A DNA stretch of 62,846 nucleotides, the filler included, from Sphaeroforma arctica JP610 (taxonomy: Eukaryota), in NCBI RefSeq assembly GCF_001186125.1. It is 4 parts of one record of this genome, joined end to end, with 100 filler letters (N's around TTAATTAATTAA, not from the genome) between each part and the next. Parts side by side here need not be neighbours in the genome. Positions count along the whole stretch, not along the records: positions 1 to 29,717 come from NW_014040534.1; 3 more parts are not named here. The stretch is one strand, 5' to 3'. This document shows positions 1 to 15,009 of this stretch, piece after piece (within the stretch, counting starts at the first letter, position 1; each line of letters opens with the position of its first letter). A program made the position numbers and the translations under genes. Under the pieces are notes generated by a model, which did no database searches, had not been told where the DNA came from, and was given only the letters and a program-made list of their open reading frames with translations.

Positions 1-699
1 GCATGCGCAAAAAATGTGTTCTTTTCAAGGATATAGCACATATACATAGGTTTGTACACGCGCGTTCGAGATCGTTGTACGTGTTGAAGTATGGTGCTCG
101 AATTTTACAATTCACACAAAAAAATGTAAAAGTATGTAGTAGCTTGAAACCCCAGTACTAAATACAATTTTGTCCTCTTTTCCCAAATGTTTTTAAAAAC
201 ACATGCACATACGATATGCACATACGATATTAAAGTATGAAAGCAATAGTTGCAAGCAAGCTTGTGCAATTCAAACACCTACAGGCACGATGAAACACCT
301 TCAGTGCAGTCCCAAATTTCGACCAAATTTGTATGCATACGTTTTTCCCGGACCATCACTTATTCGTCAATATGCCCAATCACGGAGTAACTCACAACGT
401 CGTTGTCTACGTAAAATAGCATATTTATAGGTATGCGTTAAAATTGTGGGTGAACGAGTGTGGAATACAACATTGAGCATTCAGCATTTTGATTCTCGTG
501 CCCACTCGTGCGAGAGTAAAGAGTAACAGACCAAAAAGAAACTCGTAAACAACGTTACAACAAGAATGTATACGCGAACTCCGGAGTCCGACTACAACAA
601 CTAAGAATTTGAGTCTTGAAGCGTCAACCGGGCGTCATTGATTTTATAAATATAGAACAGGAGAGAATATATATAAAGCCCGCGCATAGGTCGACTCAC

Positions 700-1460
700 T
701 GCAGCAGCGGACGCACCTTCAGCCCTCAGGGCGCAGGTCAGGGGCCTCAGGCCCAAAGCCTCAGGCCCAAAGCCTCAGGCCCCGGGGCCAGGGGCCAGGG
801 CTCAGGCTCACTTAATATGAGATAGGGAAGAGTCGCGCACCAAGGTGGAGATTGGAGACTCTAGAGAGAGAGGGTTAGTGGAGACTGGATTCTGCCCAGA
901 GGCTGACCAGAGTCCCAGAGTCCCAGACTGTGGACTCGTGGAAACCCGCGCCTCAACTCCCCCAGTTCCCAACTCCCGACTCCCAACTCCCGACTCCCGA
1001 CTCCCGACACGGCCCAACTCCCGAGGCTATTCCTCTTTGAGTCGAGTCTTGGACTTGAACTCTTCTTCTTCTTCTTGGAGACTTGACCTCTCAGCTGATC
1101 ACTGTTCAGTGTTCACTTATTCATACTTCAGAGTTCGACCTTTCACGCCCTCAGCAGTCTCACAGGCCAGAGTTAGGCCACATCAGTTAGCAGTCGGCAG
1201 TTCAACACTCAGCAGTTCAACACTCAGCACTCAGCACTCAGCAGTTCAACACTCAGCACTCAGCACTCAGCACTCAGCACTCAGCACTCAGCACTCAGCA
1301 CTCAGCACTCAGCACTCAGCACTCAGCACTCAGCACTCAGCACTTCTCTTCTCTCTTGGCCCTCTCTTGTGGGTGAAGGTATTCTCTACGGCTAACCCGC
1401 AGGGCGCAGGGCCCTTTTTACTCACAGCAGTCTGCAGTTCTGCACTCTGCTCGCTCTGCC
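700..1460. repeat. GC-rich 'stutter' region built of different 7-bp (and 14-bp) units, including a (CACTCAG)n array at ~1206-1344
   Basis: AGGCCCAAAGCCTC x2, GGGGCCA x2-3, CTCCC(G/A)A x5-6 at ~957-1008 and (CACTCAG)n, all read directly from the sequence. Confidence 0.9.
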
Positions 1461-2623
1461 ACAGCCTGATGGGGTTTTACACCGGCTGTGACTTTTTCTT
1501 TTCAACACTATTTTTTTTCAAAACAAGAGTAAAACGAGTTTTTTTTTCAAACAAACCATGATAAATAAATACATACTGACATAAATATGTACCCATATTC
1601 CCATTTTAATAGTCAACACCAGTCACCACTCACCACTCCCCACCCCCTTTTCACTTTTGCGCTCGCAGATAGTATGTATCCGACTTCAGTACAAATCATA
1701 AACAAATATCTGGAAACGACAATACCAACTAAAATTTATAGCCTATAGTCCTATACTACTAAAATTGAAACATATTATTTTATTGCCTTGTGCAAGTCGG
1801 ATAGTGTCCGACGTTTGAAAATTCAAATTCAAATTCTTATTGCTAGTAGAGAGAGTAGGATATTCTAACTTTTTTTTTTAAATAAATATAACAATCGGTT
1901 GGTTTTATATAAAGTACCCCTTAGACTTTAGAGGCTTAGGATAGCATCCGAATTCCACTTGTTTGTTTTGGGCCAAAAAATTGAAATCCGGATACTATCC
2001 GCGAGTTAAAAAGAGACAAGCAAAAGCAAATATTCCTCGGGTGATGTTCGGATGTGGTCGTATTTATTTAAAATATACTTTATTTTGAAATAGTTAAAAT
2101 ATCAAATGTCAATTGTTTTTTATATAAAAAGCATGTTCCTGAGTTTACGACACTGAAAACTTGAGGCACACGACACGGAATCTGGTTTTGAAATAGGGGT
2201 TTTTTAAATGTTTTAAATTATCTCAAAAATTATGAAACTCAGCACCAAATTTTCGTTCAATCACAGTTGTAGTTCATGCGGACAAGATTCCAGAAGTTAT
2301 AGTAGCCAATCAATATCCATTACAACGTAGTTTGCATTTGTAATCGCTTACCAATCACCTCACAAGTTTCGAATACTGGGTATTTTAGAGTATATTGGAC
2401 GTCGCGGTAGTGGTGACCCGTGACCGTCTAATGTCTTCCCTACATTGACACTTGTAAAAAATATCGACACAAGAGAGAGAGGGTGCGAATTCATCCAGCG
2501 AGAAGATATAAAAGAGATTTGCATGTCCTCCGTAAGAGACATTCTGAGACTCACTTCTAGAACGAACGTAGCTATCAGTGACAACAAACCAGTCGACAAA
2601 TTAACCTAATATAACCTAGCACA

Positions 2624-4207
<1,584 letters not shown>

Positions 4208-5567
4208 ATGATAGTAGTCTCTTGCTATTTTGCTTCGTTGCAACTATTTGTGACATGTGCAGAGTGGTATGCGATACATCATGTAAAGTATGTACGTGAA
4301 ATCCCATTTGATTTCCGTGCACTAAGTACCGGGCCCGCCGTCTTTGACGGCACATGAACGACGACTGGACGTTTAGGTTGTGAGGGTATAGGTCTGAAAT
4401 GATTGGATAATTGTACATATGTATATGCATATCGTATATATATGGCACTTGTTGTTATTCATTGTTCAGACCAAACGTACCCCGCACCCGCGTCTACTTT
4501 AGTGTATTGTGCATTATATTCTGAGATGTGTTATGTACACGACGTAATACTTCTAAATACTTACTCGTGTTCTGATATGACGAGGAATATATTCACCACA
4601 TATACCCGCCAGATCTATGGATCTAGCGCTTAGATGTACGCATCTAACGAGAACAAAGCAGAGTCGTTAGTTTCATCCAAATAAAGTTCTCACTTTACCA
4701 TACTTGTTCCTACGATTGCGTACTGTACAAATTACTTGATGTACTCTTAACGTGCTTGGCAATACTGAATTAACATTCGCCAACCCTCGATTTGTGAATA
4801 TGATGGTTTATTTTGTACATCGTACCTAAAACAAGACCTTCTTGTGGCTTGTAATCTCAACACTATGAACATATCGCACCAATATCAAGCCATTGGTATC
4901 TTGGCGAGCAGATAGAATAGGTGCGCAATTCTCCCCGCGCACGCCGTGTGCGCGTGCTCTATGGGCGTATACAAAACGACAAGGCACGAGAAAGCTCGAC
5001 GTGTGCCTCTTAACTTGTCAGGTTGAGAACAAAGAGAGCCGTTAATTTCGACAAAAAACAATTCTCACTATACACACTTTTTGTGATGGATACGTTTTAC
5101 CGGTATATGCCCTACATATGCACAACTATGTGAGATAGTAAATTCAAGCTTTTCGCTAGCCAACCTTCCACAACAGATCACGGTACATTTATGTCCTTGC
5201 ACGTGCTCGACACCTCGAAACCCTACTCAAACCCCGTACAAATTACATTCACTTACAAAACTTTGAAAATAAAGACTAGACTGTCATGAGTAATTATTTC
5301 CTGGTATCTCAAAGAATGTTTCGTTACTACTTGCGTAATCATGTATAGTGCTTATATATGTGTGCAGTATGAAGTTGATTGCTAGAATGTCAGGCTACTC
5401 TACAATACGGTGCACCACAAGTTGTACATACCACTCCAGTAGTATATTTTGATGTGTTTGTAGTTGCCTCTGTAATAGATCTTGGTTTTAAAGTATAGTG
5501 GAGTAAATATCAGTACTGAAATCCGTACCTTGTCCACAGGTGACAGGATAGTCACTACTGCAAGCAA

Positions 5568-7785
5568 ATGGTCGAGAGAGAAAAAAATACCATCGTACAT
5601 AGTCTTGACGCCGACGGACTCGTACAACAGACGTCCGTCTGCCCCAATTTTCGCTTCTTCTCTCTCTCTCAAGAGTAGAGTAGAGATAGTCATGCGTCTA
5701 TCTGACTGTTTTTCAACACAGCTGTATTGTATCAGAAGATCACGGAGACGCGGACTCGTCTATGAAACAGTTGCGTAACGAAGGGTCGGAGGCATGTAAA
5801 TATATAGGTGTCAAAATGACTTCATGTATATTTATATGCTCATTTTCACGGCCTTCTTCTAAATAGACATCATTTTGGTATCGGCTGAATAGTGTGAATA
5901 CATTAAATATTATAAAAAATATACACATACATATATATATTATGCTCTGGATTCTTTGTTATTTTCACACATGTGAATATAATGGGTTTTAACCCATTTT
6001 AAAAGATAATTTGTTCCAGGACCCATCTATTATTCTCACATGGTGTGAAAATAGTAAGTGTCAAATCGATGTCTTTCTCATATTCTGCAAATTCTCATAT
6101 TCTGCATTCTCTTTTTAGCAGAGTGGATAATGAACGAATTGGATACATTTGTATGTGTAAATATTGGTGTGTACAACTGTACACACAAATGTACGCAGTC
6201 TTGCATATTTATTTGTATATTTAATACTCAATAGCAAGAAGGTATACATATATTTGTCTTGCAGTTGCGTAAAACAGCATGTTGGGTATTCCTCCACGTC
6301 CTGATCATATATCAATCGTACCGCAGACAGGGGATGAGTCAATGATCTCGGACGATATTATAGCGAATCCTCCACTACCTTCTGATTGCGACGAACAAAG
6401 ATTCCGCAAGTATATGAACGAAAGTGCGTTTACGTTGCACTCTGAGAAAGGTAACAAGGGTATCAACGGATCAACTGTAGGAGAAGGGGATAAGCTTGTA
6501 GATAAAGTAGTCGTACCAGATGCCGGCGAAGTGTACCAAAAGCTCTCCTTTGATTTCCCACAGTACAAGGAGCACGACGGTCGTGCTCTACTGAACTCAG
6601 ATATATGGCGTTCGTCAGGACTCCCTCAGGGGTGTACATTCAATCGCACACTGGTCAGCAACGTGACTGAGGCCGCAATCAAGGAATCTAACGGCAGCTC
6701 AGGGTGTGTTGTCAAGTATTGTATTTGCCCGTGTGGTGTAAATCCTGCTCGTGGGAGAATCTGCTTGTCGTTTTATCTTTCCTTGTGTAAACGTCCGTGT
6801 TTGTTTGCAGTGCAAGTATTTAGATTACGTTGTATGTCGTAGACTAGATGTGACTGTCTGTCCGAAGTTTGTGTTTGATCTTGTGCTTTCCGAATATGTT
6901 TTGTCGCATTTTGCGCTCAGCTACTTGAGAATGTAGTCGCTTGCGATATCAAGCGGCGTGTTGCCTTAAGTTCCTTCTTACTGTTGCTAAACAAAAAGAC
7001 TATAGTGAACAAGTGTACCTACTAGGCGGCTATAATAACGACACTATTGTACGTCGATTGGATCTTCGTCATTGCCGACCATATTACTCGTCACTTGTAG
7101 TAGCAAGCCTCAGTAGAGTACAGCGAGCTGACTTATGCTTACAGAAGTGTGTCATGATCTTCACTCCTTGCAATTGTTGCAATTGCGCATGGATGAATTG
7201 GAAGTAACTATGTCAATGGCTCTGAGTCTAGACATAACTCGTGTGTCTGAATCTTTGATGTTTTGTGCGTGGCGGTGGCGTAATTAACTGTTAGTGGTGC
7301 GAGTAAGTTTGTTGACAAGTCTGATGGAACGGCAAATTCCTTGGTAGACAAATCTAGAATCATTGACGACACACTTCTGCTCTAAGATTGTATCATGTCT
7401 TGCAATGAATGCAACTGTGCCGATACCCGTACAATTGTCTTTTGCGGTACTGAGGCAGGCTTGAGGGGCCTGGAATATATAAAAATTCCCGTGTAATCAA
7501 AGTATCTGAGGAGAACTAGAGCGAGCTAATCTAAAAAGCGTTTAAAATCATACAGCCATCTAGCATCGGATTGAATTTACCCTACACGATGCTCGGTCTC
7601 TTACTGTTTCTGTTATTCGCACAAACACCAGGTTCGAGTCATTTGGGGAAGTATATCATCGGGTCGTTCTGAAGGGCCTGTTGCACTTACTGACCTGTGA
7701 CCGGACAGAAGCGGCTCTTCTCCTGCGTAGCTACAAGATCCAAGTTGAGACCACCGAGAGAACTCTTGTGGTTGAAGTTCCGGAG
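5568..7785 (+). CDS. Probable upstream exons of an uncharacterised multi-exon gene (largest ~6279-6740 and 7564-7785); may join the 8350-10413 exon
   Basis: Open, codon-like stretches flanked by YAG acceptors and GT donors (e.g. tag|CAT CGG ATT...CCG GAG|gtatt); exact exon chain not resolved; no recognisable domain. Confidence 0.45.
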
Positions 7786-8114
7786 GTATTAGCAATCACT
7801 ATACCTGTATTTTATACTTTGCCTGGTTTAGCCGGCGTGCGTGTGGCCTTAGATTTTAAATATACATACCCACGTGCTCTTGTGGCGTAAGTCTAACTTG
7901 TATGTATTCTCAGTTTTGCGCGCGTGTAAGTTTATGTAGACTCACGAGTCATGTGTCCCGAAGGCGTACGTGACCAGTGTATTTAGCCAATTTTTACTTA
8001 GGCGATGACAACCCCGACCGAAAAAGCGAGTCAAATATTTGCGTATATATAAAAAATCGCTGTGCATATATTTGGTGCCGCAATCACGCTCCTATTTGCG
8101 AGGATATGGTCATT

Positions 8115-8218
8115 TTATGTACCGATATAAGCTATTTATGCACCGATATCAGATATTGATGTACCGATATAAGCTATTTATGTACCAAATATCAGATATT
8201 GATGTACCGATATAAGCT
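8115..8218. repeat. Intronic minisatellite of ~21-bp units (ATGTACCGATATAAGCTATTT / ATGYACCRATATCAGATATTG), ~5 copies alternating
   Basis: Direct repeats read from the sequence. Confidence 0.85.
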
Positions 8219-8349
8219 TGTCTGGTGATCAGTTTTGCATGAGTAGAGGCCTTTTCGCTGGCATGCGATCTCCTCAAACTATCGCTCGTACTTCTCAATA
8301 AGAGTACGTGATCAGCCTATGCTCATTGGATCTCTTTTTAAATTCTCAG

Positions 8350-10413
8350 AACGGGCAAACCGAACATACATATGGAGAAGAAGATGGCAGTGATTTCGAA
8401 TTCGAGGATTTTGATTCACCCGCAGAATCCAGTCCTGCGCTAGTAGACCCAACCAGGTCACTTACTATAGCGACCACTCACATACATAAACTTATGGATC
8501 TGTATAGTTTTGTCACGCCTATCACCCTAGCGTGTATATCCCACCAGGCGTGGGTGGAAGAGCATGTCACCGACACACTCGTGGCGATCATCGCGTGTCT
8601 GTCGGAGATGCACGTGAGCGCAGGTGATACACAGGCGCGTACAAGCATACACGGGGCAGAGAACGGTGCAACTAAAGGACTCAGTGTGGCACAAGGTGTG
8701 GGTATGCTCACGGCTGTGATGAGCACCAGGCCGGTGTTGGTGGAGGATATTCTTCCGCATCTGATACCTGATGAGGAAGTGGGAGATACAACCGAGGCAG
8801 ATCGGCGAGACTATGGGAAGGTCGCAAAGGGCATAGTACGAAAGCACCGCCTCCCGTGCGAGCCTCATTACCTATCAATCCTCGAGTGTGTGCCATTGGC
8901 AGACGATACAGAGGGGAAAGGAGCTGCACAGCGGATCAGTCAGAAGCTGGCACAGGGTGCTCGTGAGACATGCGTTACCTATGATGGCTGGAGAGCATAT
9001 GCGCGTGCCGTGGCTGTGTGTCTGCCCACACTCGCCGAGGTGGCCGCCGATGCCATTTCGGTCGTATTGCTGCATCAAAAGGAGTTGAAGAAACAGGCTA
9101 GACTGGCGGAGAAAGCAGGAACAGGAAACAGTGGTAGGGGTACGGTGTTTGACTCCAAAGGACTCACTGGTCTGCGACACGAAGTCGCGTCAGTCACTGC
9201 CATTGTCAGCCGGTATGTGCGTCACGGGCCGAGGGAAAGTGTGGCTAGTGAACTGCTGGGCTGTGGCCTGTGGCGTGATTTGGTACGATTGATTGTCCTG
9301 GTGGGTGTTACAAGGAAGAACGAGGCTGAAGATGAGTTTTGTGATAAATGCCAGAAGAAGACGGGTGTAGGTGGTAATAGCGAAGTCGCGAGTGTAGGGT
9401 GTTGTAAGGATCCCACGCATATGGAAAGTAAGCAAAAATCGCACAGCGAAAATGTCAACATGGAGATTGTGGAGCTGCTGAAGATGGTGACACAGGGCTG
9501 CTGCGGTTACGAAGAACTCAGCGCGTATACATTGCGGGTGGGTGGTTTCAAAGCGGTAGTTCTTTCCTTAGGAAATGCTGCGGAAACAGACAAGCAGCCG
9601 AAAATAGACACAATTATACTACCCGACCTGTATGTTGTGTGGTTGTGTATGTATACCGAAGCATATGCACCAGAGATAATCACATCCTACCTGACAGGCG
9701 CGAGTGTCCCTGAGCTGCACAGTCTCAGTGTAGAGCACATGCACACATACTGTGAACAGGCCAGTGACACTGCTAGTCGGTTAAAGGTGCTGCTGAGTTT
9801 GCTGGCGATGCTCAAGGCGTGGGGTGCAAGCCATAAGCTGGTGCAAGCGGGCCCTCACAGTAAGAATAGAAATGCAAACCAGGGACAGAAAGAAAAGTCG
9901 CAGAAACTGTGGGGACAACTCCTTCCGGTGATGCTGAGCACATACTCGGTAGCTGAGAAGCTCGTCAAACAAAACAAGAACTCGCAGCAGTTCAGAGCAC
10001 AGTGGAGCCTACCAGCGCCTTCCAGCAAAGTAGAAGATGCGTCGCACGGGGTGGTGCAGAATGACACCGATGGCATACGTATTGGACCTGAGAAGACATC
10101 TCACACAGCGGAAGTCGGGATGGTGCAAACGGAACAACCTGCTGGGCCTGATACACATGTAGCACACGGAAATACTAGAAATGATTCTGATCGCTCGACT
10201 ATGACTGAAGACGCTCAAGTGGACGCTGAGGCTGTGGATGCGTGTGTGATGAGGTCAGAATCAGACTCGGACCTCTCGGAAGCGGAGAGAGAGCTGCGCG
10301 AGAAGGTGGCGGCGTTGCACGCGTTGTGTTGTAAGGGACTGTGGCAACTTCACCTTACACTGAAGACCGACTTTCTGAGCCACAACGATGCCGGTTGTGG
10401 CAAAGCGGACTGA
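8350..10413 (+). CDS. Large terminal exon (~690 aa) of an uncharacterised protein, probably alpha-helical with acidic low-complexity inserts
   Basis: Uninterrupted 701-codon ORF with raised GC; acceptor ttctcag before AAC GGG CAA is in phase 0, matching the upstream donor at 7785. Confidence 0.8.
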   Translation, partial: NGQTEHTYGEEDGSDFEFEDFDSPAESSPALVDPTRSLTIATTHIHKLMDLYSFVTPITLACISHQAWVEEHVTDTLVAIIACLSEMHVSAGDTQARTSIHGAENGATKGLSVAQGVGMLTAVMSTRPVLVEDILPHLIPDEEVGDTTEADRRDYGKVAKGIVRKHRLPCEPHYLSILECVPLADDTEGKGAAQRISQKLAQGARETCVTYDGWRAYARAVAVCLPTLAEVAADAISVVLLHQKELKKQARLAEKAGTGNSGRGTVFDSKGLTGLRHEVASVTAIVSRYVRHGPRESVASELLGCGLWRDLVRLIVLVGVTRKNEAEDEFCDKCQKKTGVGGNSEVASVGCCKDPTHMESKQKSHSENVNMEIVELLKMVTQGCCGYEELSAYTLRVGGFKAVVLSLGNAAETDKQPKIDTIILPDLYVVWLCMYTEAYAPEIITSYLTGASVPELHSLSVEHMHTYCEQASDTASRLKVLLSLLAMLKAWGASHKLVQAGPHSKNRNANQGQKEKSQKLWGQLLPVMLSTYSVAEKLVKQNKNSQQFRAQWSLPAPSSKVEDASHGVVQNDTDGIRIGPEKTSHTAEVGMVQTEQPAGPDTHVAHGNTRNDSDRSTMTEDAQVDAEAVDACVMRSESDSDLSEAERELREKVAALHALCCKGLWQLHLTLKTDFLSHNDAGCGKAD

Positions 10414-11079
10414 GTTTTTGTAAGTTGCTAGAACCGCCTCTGATAGAGCGAAGGATTTTATTATTCTTTTGCGGTATATGAGTTTGGTTAGCTAATGAGA
10501 TCGAATAACTTCGAAAGATGATTAAATCACTCGCATACTTGTCAGCAGTCATACGAAAGAAATCTTTCGGTTTATTTGGAAATGATATGTGGTATCCTAG
10601 TTATCATATTATATTCTCATGCTTCTGACTTTCACGTGACTCTAAGTAGTGCTCATGATCTTAGTAGAATTTGATACGACGTGGTTCTGGATTCTCCTTT
10701 AATATCGCTTTCTTCCAGAAGCTTTTGGACGTTCAGTGGAAATGACTCCAAGAAGCACCCGATCATATTTATTTATTTTCAGTCTTCCGCCTCTTTTTTA
10801 ATCTCTGGTTGTATTTATGTTTTATGATATTCATCACCGGCATCACCCGCCAAAACAGGAAGACTAACAAAAGTAAGTTCGGAACTTTAATAAATATGTA
10901 AATACAAAGAAAAAGCAAAGCCTTCTGAAAATTAAACAAGAAGGCATTGGAAAAAGCTATATATATATATACGTAGCCCTCTAAATCGAAGGCATATCTT
11001 CTACAGAATAGCACGTATAGAGTGCGTGAGAACAAGTCATAGTATTATAGTACAGTATCTGAATTGAAGTACGAGCACA

Positions 11080-11437
11080 ATGTCTCAACGGGACGAAGCT
11101 GGCACCTTATTTGAATTCCTGCACATGGAAATGGTTCATATGTTCATGTCTGCGGAAGAAGAAGAGGAGACGGCTAATAACGATGTCCGGGTATGTCTCA
11201 TACTTGAATCAGTGTGCATTCAAGTTTGTCTATTGTCTAGATCGCGACGCATCAATATAGAACACATGTTTTAGAGGAGAAGGTAAATAGTGTTCATATG
11301 ATCGTATGCTTACGGATGTCTATGTGTCTTATTACAAGTCAGCGCACATCTGAGTAGAAGCTTATTGCACATACCGAGGTTTTGTTCCCAAGTTACGCGA
11401 ATGTGTGATATATTTATTTATATATATATATATATAT

Positions 11438-11488
<51 letters not shown>

Positions 11489-11530
11489 CGCACACACGTA
11501 TGTATGTATGTATGTAGGTAAGTATGTATG

Positions 11531-11583
<53 letters not shown>

Positions 11584-11967
11584 ATGTATATACGTATGTG
11601 TGTGTGTGTGTGTGTGTGTATGTGGGTGTGTGTATGTGTGTATGTGTATGTATATATATATATATATATGATATACATATAGAATATATATATATATATA
11701 TATANNNNNNNNNNNNNNNNNNNNNNNNNNNNNNNNNNNNNNNNNNNNNNNNNNNNNNNNNNNNNNNNNNNNNNNNNNNNNNNNNNNNNNNNNNNNNNNN
11801 NNNNNNNNNNNNNNNNNNNNNNNNNNNNNNNNNNNNNNNNNNNNNNNNNNNNNNNNNNNNNNNNNNNNNNNNNNNNNNNNNNNNNNNNNNNNNNNNNNNN
11901 NNNNNNNNNNNNNNNNNNNNNNNNNNNNNNNNNNNNNAAATGTAAATGTATATATATATGTGTGTGT

Positions 11968-12000
<33 letters not shown>

Positions 12001-12218
12001 TGCGTGTGTGTGTATATATGTATATATATATGTGTGTCTGTGATTTTTTTGTGTGCGTGTGTGTATGTATGTATGTATGTATGTATATATATTTATAAAT
12101 ATATGTGTCTGTGTTTTGTGTGTGTGGGGGGTTTTTTTTGTGTGTGTGTATGTGTTTCTGTCTGTCTGCGTTTCTGTGTCTGTGTGTGCGGGTATGAGAG
12201 TGTGTGTGTCTGCGTGCG

Positions 12219-12262
<44 letters not shown>

Positions 12263-15009
12263 TGTGTTTGTCGGACTGTCTGTGTCTTCCTGTGTCTGTG
12301 ATAGTGTGTGTGTGTAGACCTCTGAGTTGACATCTATGTCAGGATCTACAAGGAAGACTTTGTGTTGGTTGTTACCGTATATAATGATCAGAGCATGTAA
12401 ATGGTGCATATATTTCGTTGATGCAACCTGATGGAAAATTATAGGCAAGCCTTTATGACAAGATTTTAAAAGAATGGCTCTACTTTTTAAACATGGGTGG
12501 TTTATACTGAATCTGTCTGTTGTCGTTCTCCAAATAACCCACTTGTATTACCAACAGGATTTTGTGCATGTCAAACTAGAGAAGATCGGCTTTAGCTGCG
12601 GTCAATCTCTCGCAGAAAGGTATTGAAATCCAATCCAATTTTATCGATGTGAAGCAACTTCGTTGTTTTTTTTGAATATCGAAGTGCACAATGTTTGTTT
12701 CTTTCTCTGTGCTTTCGTAGGCACCATTAGCACGACTAGGATCACTATTGATATCCGGCACCACCATTACTACCAACTGCCTGCTCATGGAGCACATATA
12801 ATCCGGCTTGCATTTCGAGGCATGGGGAAGTTTGCTTACAGCTATCTGTCTAACGCCTGGATATAGGTTAACGCAGGACACACCTCGGATGACCGATCAA
12901 TTAGAGGTCATCAAATTCATATGCAAAGATTTTTGGATGAATCTCTTCCAGAAACAGGTGGATAACCTTCGGACCAATCACAAGGTACGTCCGCTTCTCT
13001 CGTCGGGTGTGAGAGTCTCTCTTTTAACTTTTTTTGTGCATGCTGTGAGCTATTGTGAGCATTTATTGTTTGACCACACCTGTGCTGAGGCTGTCGGTAT
13101 AATCAATATCGCTAGCGCTCTCGTTGCTGTACAACATAGTGACAGCCGACCTTTTTCCTGATATATTTATATATTGCTCACAATTCGCGACAGGGCGTGT
13201 ATGTACTGCAAGACAACAAATTCCAAACTTTCGCACCCATCGCCAACGGCACCCAATATATCGAGCAGATGTCTCCGGTAGGTGTTTATATCACCTTAGG
13301 AAATAGTAGAGAACACATGTACATTCGAATAAGCATTAGAGGTGGAATATACTATTGCCAGAAGTGCTCTACTATAGTTTTGTTGCTCTGGTGGCTGCTG
13401 ATTGTTTTGGCTTCGCACTTTCAATTTCTTCTCTGCTATGAGGTGACTTTATGTCGTACTTATCGTTGAAGTTGTACCTAGTGTTGTTTTTGTCGCAACA
13501 TAAAATATACCGAGGTGCACATACCGTTGTATTGTCAAGCTGCTAGTTGTGCTGTGTTGTCTGCAATCTCACGATTTATACGGCGATTCGATTGTTGTCC
13601 CTGTTTCCGCATCACTTAACCAACTTTGCGGATATCACCACACACCAGTTGACTTTGGCCGCTGATTATCGTTTCCAAATTCGGCTGCTCGTTGTGAGGT
13701 GCACCTGTGTGTACATTATTGTGAACCCTACTGCGGTATCATATTGACCTTGCTTTCCAATATAGTGCGTGTATGCACGCGCTCAAAAGTTGACCATTTT
13801 CACATGCATTGTTGCACATTAGCTGTTGTTCGCACTTCAATTCACTGCAGGTAGGTTCACGACAGGCCACGCTTCGGTTTGCTAACAGCGACGTACTTCC
13901 CACTCACACTCGTCGACGGAAGACACGCCATAGACTAGTTTGTGCTGTTTGTAGGCAACGTTGTCAAATAGCTATGGAGCACTCTGCTCTCATATACTGA
14001 GCATTCTTCTGTGTACTCTCCCACAGTTCTTAGCCATGCCTTGTGGACTCATCCGCGGCGCCTTGGCGGCGCTTGGACACACAGCCACTGTACATGCGGA
14101 CGTGGTCAACATGCCCGCCTGTACGTACTCTGTGCGTGTTTATGCGGATTTTCTTGTATAAATATTTGTCCCATTTTCATATGTGTATGCATACAGCAGC
14201 CGATGTGTACTCAAATGCGTTTGCGCATGGCAATGGTGGACACTATAATATGAACCTGTATGCGTGATTATTAGAGATTTCCATTCAGGTCAGCTGTTTG
14301 CATGTGTGTGTGTAGGTGTTAATCTTCGCTTTACCGGCCATATTGAGATTTATCATAGAAGACATACCCGTTTGTCAAAGATTTCAGTGCGTTGCCTAAC
14401 CAACTCTATATGCGAGGTCGGACGGTGGCATAAAAAAAAATTGTCATTCGCTTTTACACCGATAGCCTACGCAGATGCACGCCCACCACCGACACATTTG
14501 GCAGAATGTGAAAGCAGTCTGTTGGTTCACTTTCTGTGCCTCACTTGCCTTTCACTGATTTTGCAAGTTCGAACTCTCTTTTAGTTAGCAGTAGACTTCA
14601 TTTAGAAACTTTCTCCTGTGCGGCGTATAAACACCCCTCGCTGGTCTGCCCTGGAATGGGTCAATATCCTCTTACTAGATTTCACGAGTTGTTTGTCATC
14701 TAGAGTATTTATACCAAATAGGTAGATCTTGTTATGATACGAAGTTATTACTTACATAAGTAGGTAAAATAACGAATCAACTGTGCATAATTCATATCTG
14801 AGCTGTAACCCTTCTCAATCTTCAAATCTTATTCGCAAATTGGTATAGTAGAGTGAGCTTGTAGGGAGATTTATACTGGTAATTGCATGCTTGCCACTTG
14901 GATGCAATTTGTTCTGTCACTAATCTATACACCTGACCTCTTACTATTTGTATGCACAGGTACGTTCCAAATAAGAATACAAAGGATGGAGACGGAAGCT
15001 ATACAATAA
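11080..15009 (+). CDS. TRAPPC6: TRAPP complex subunit 6 (Trs33, BET3 family); exons 11080-11190, 12558-12619, 12867-12984, 13194-13277, 14027-14120, 14960-15009
   Basis: [10 protein letters not shown]..., [84 protein letters not shown] are TRAPPC6/Trs33 signatures; all introns GT-AG and in phase. Confidence 0.95.
11415..12320. repeat. Compound (TA)n/(TG)n/(TATG)n microsatellite around an assembly gap, in TRAPPC6 intron 1
   Basis: Seen directly. Confidence 0.95.

Noticed and set aside
845..1561. 238-aa ORF with STQHSAL repeats
   Set aside because: Translation of the 7-bp stutter and (CACTCAG)n repeat; no domain or splice context
11414..12448. Long His/Thr/Tyr/Ile- or Cys/Val-rich ORFs (also 59224-60007)
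   Set aside because: Artefacts of dinucleotide microsatellites and N-gaps within introns
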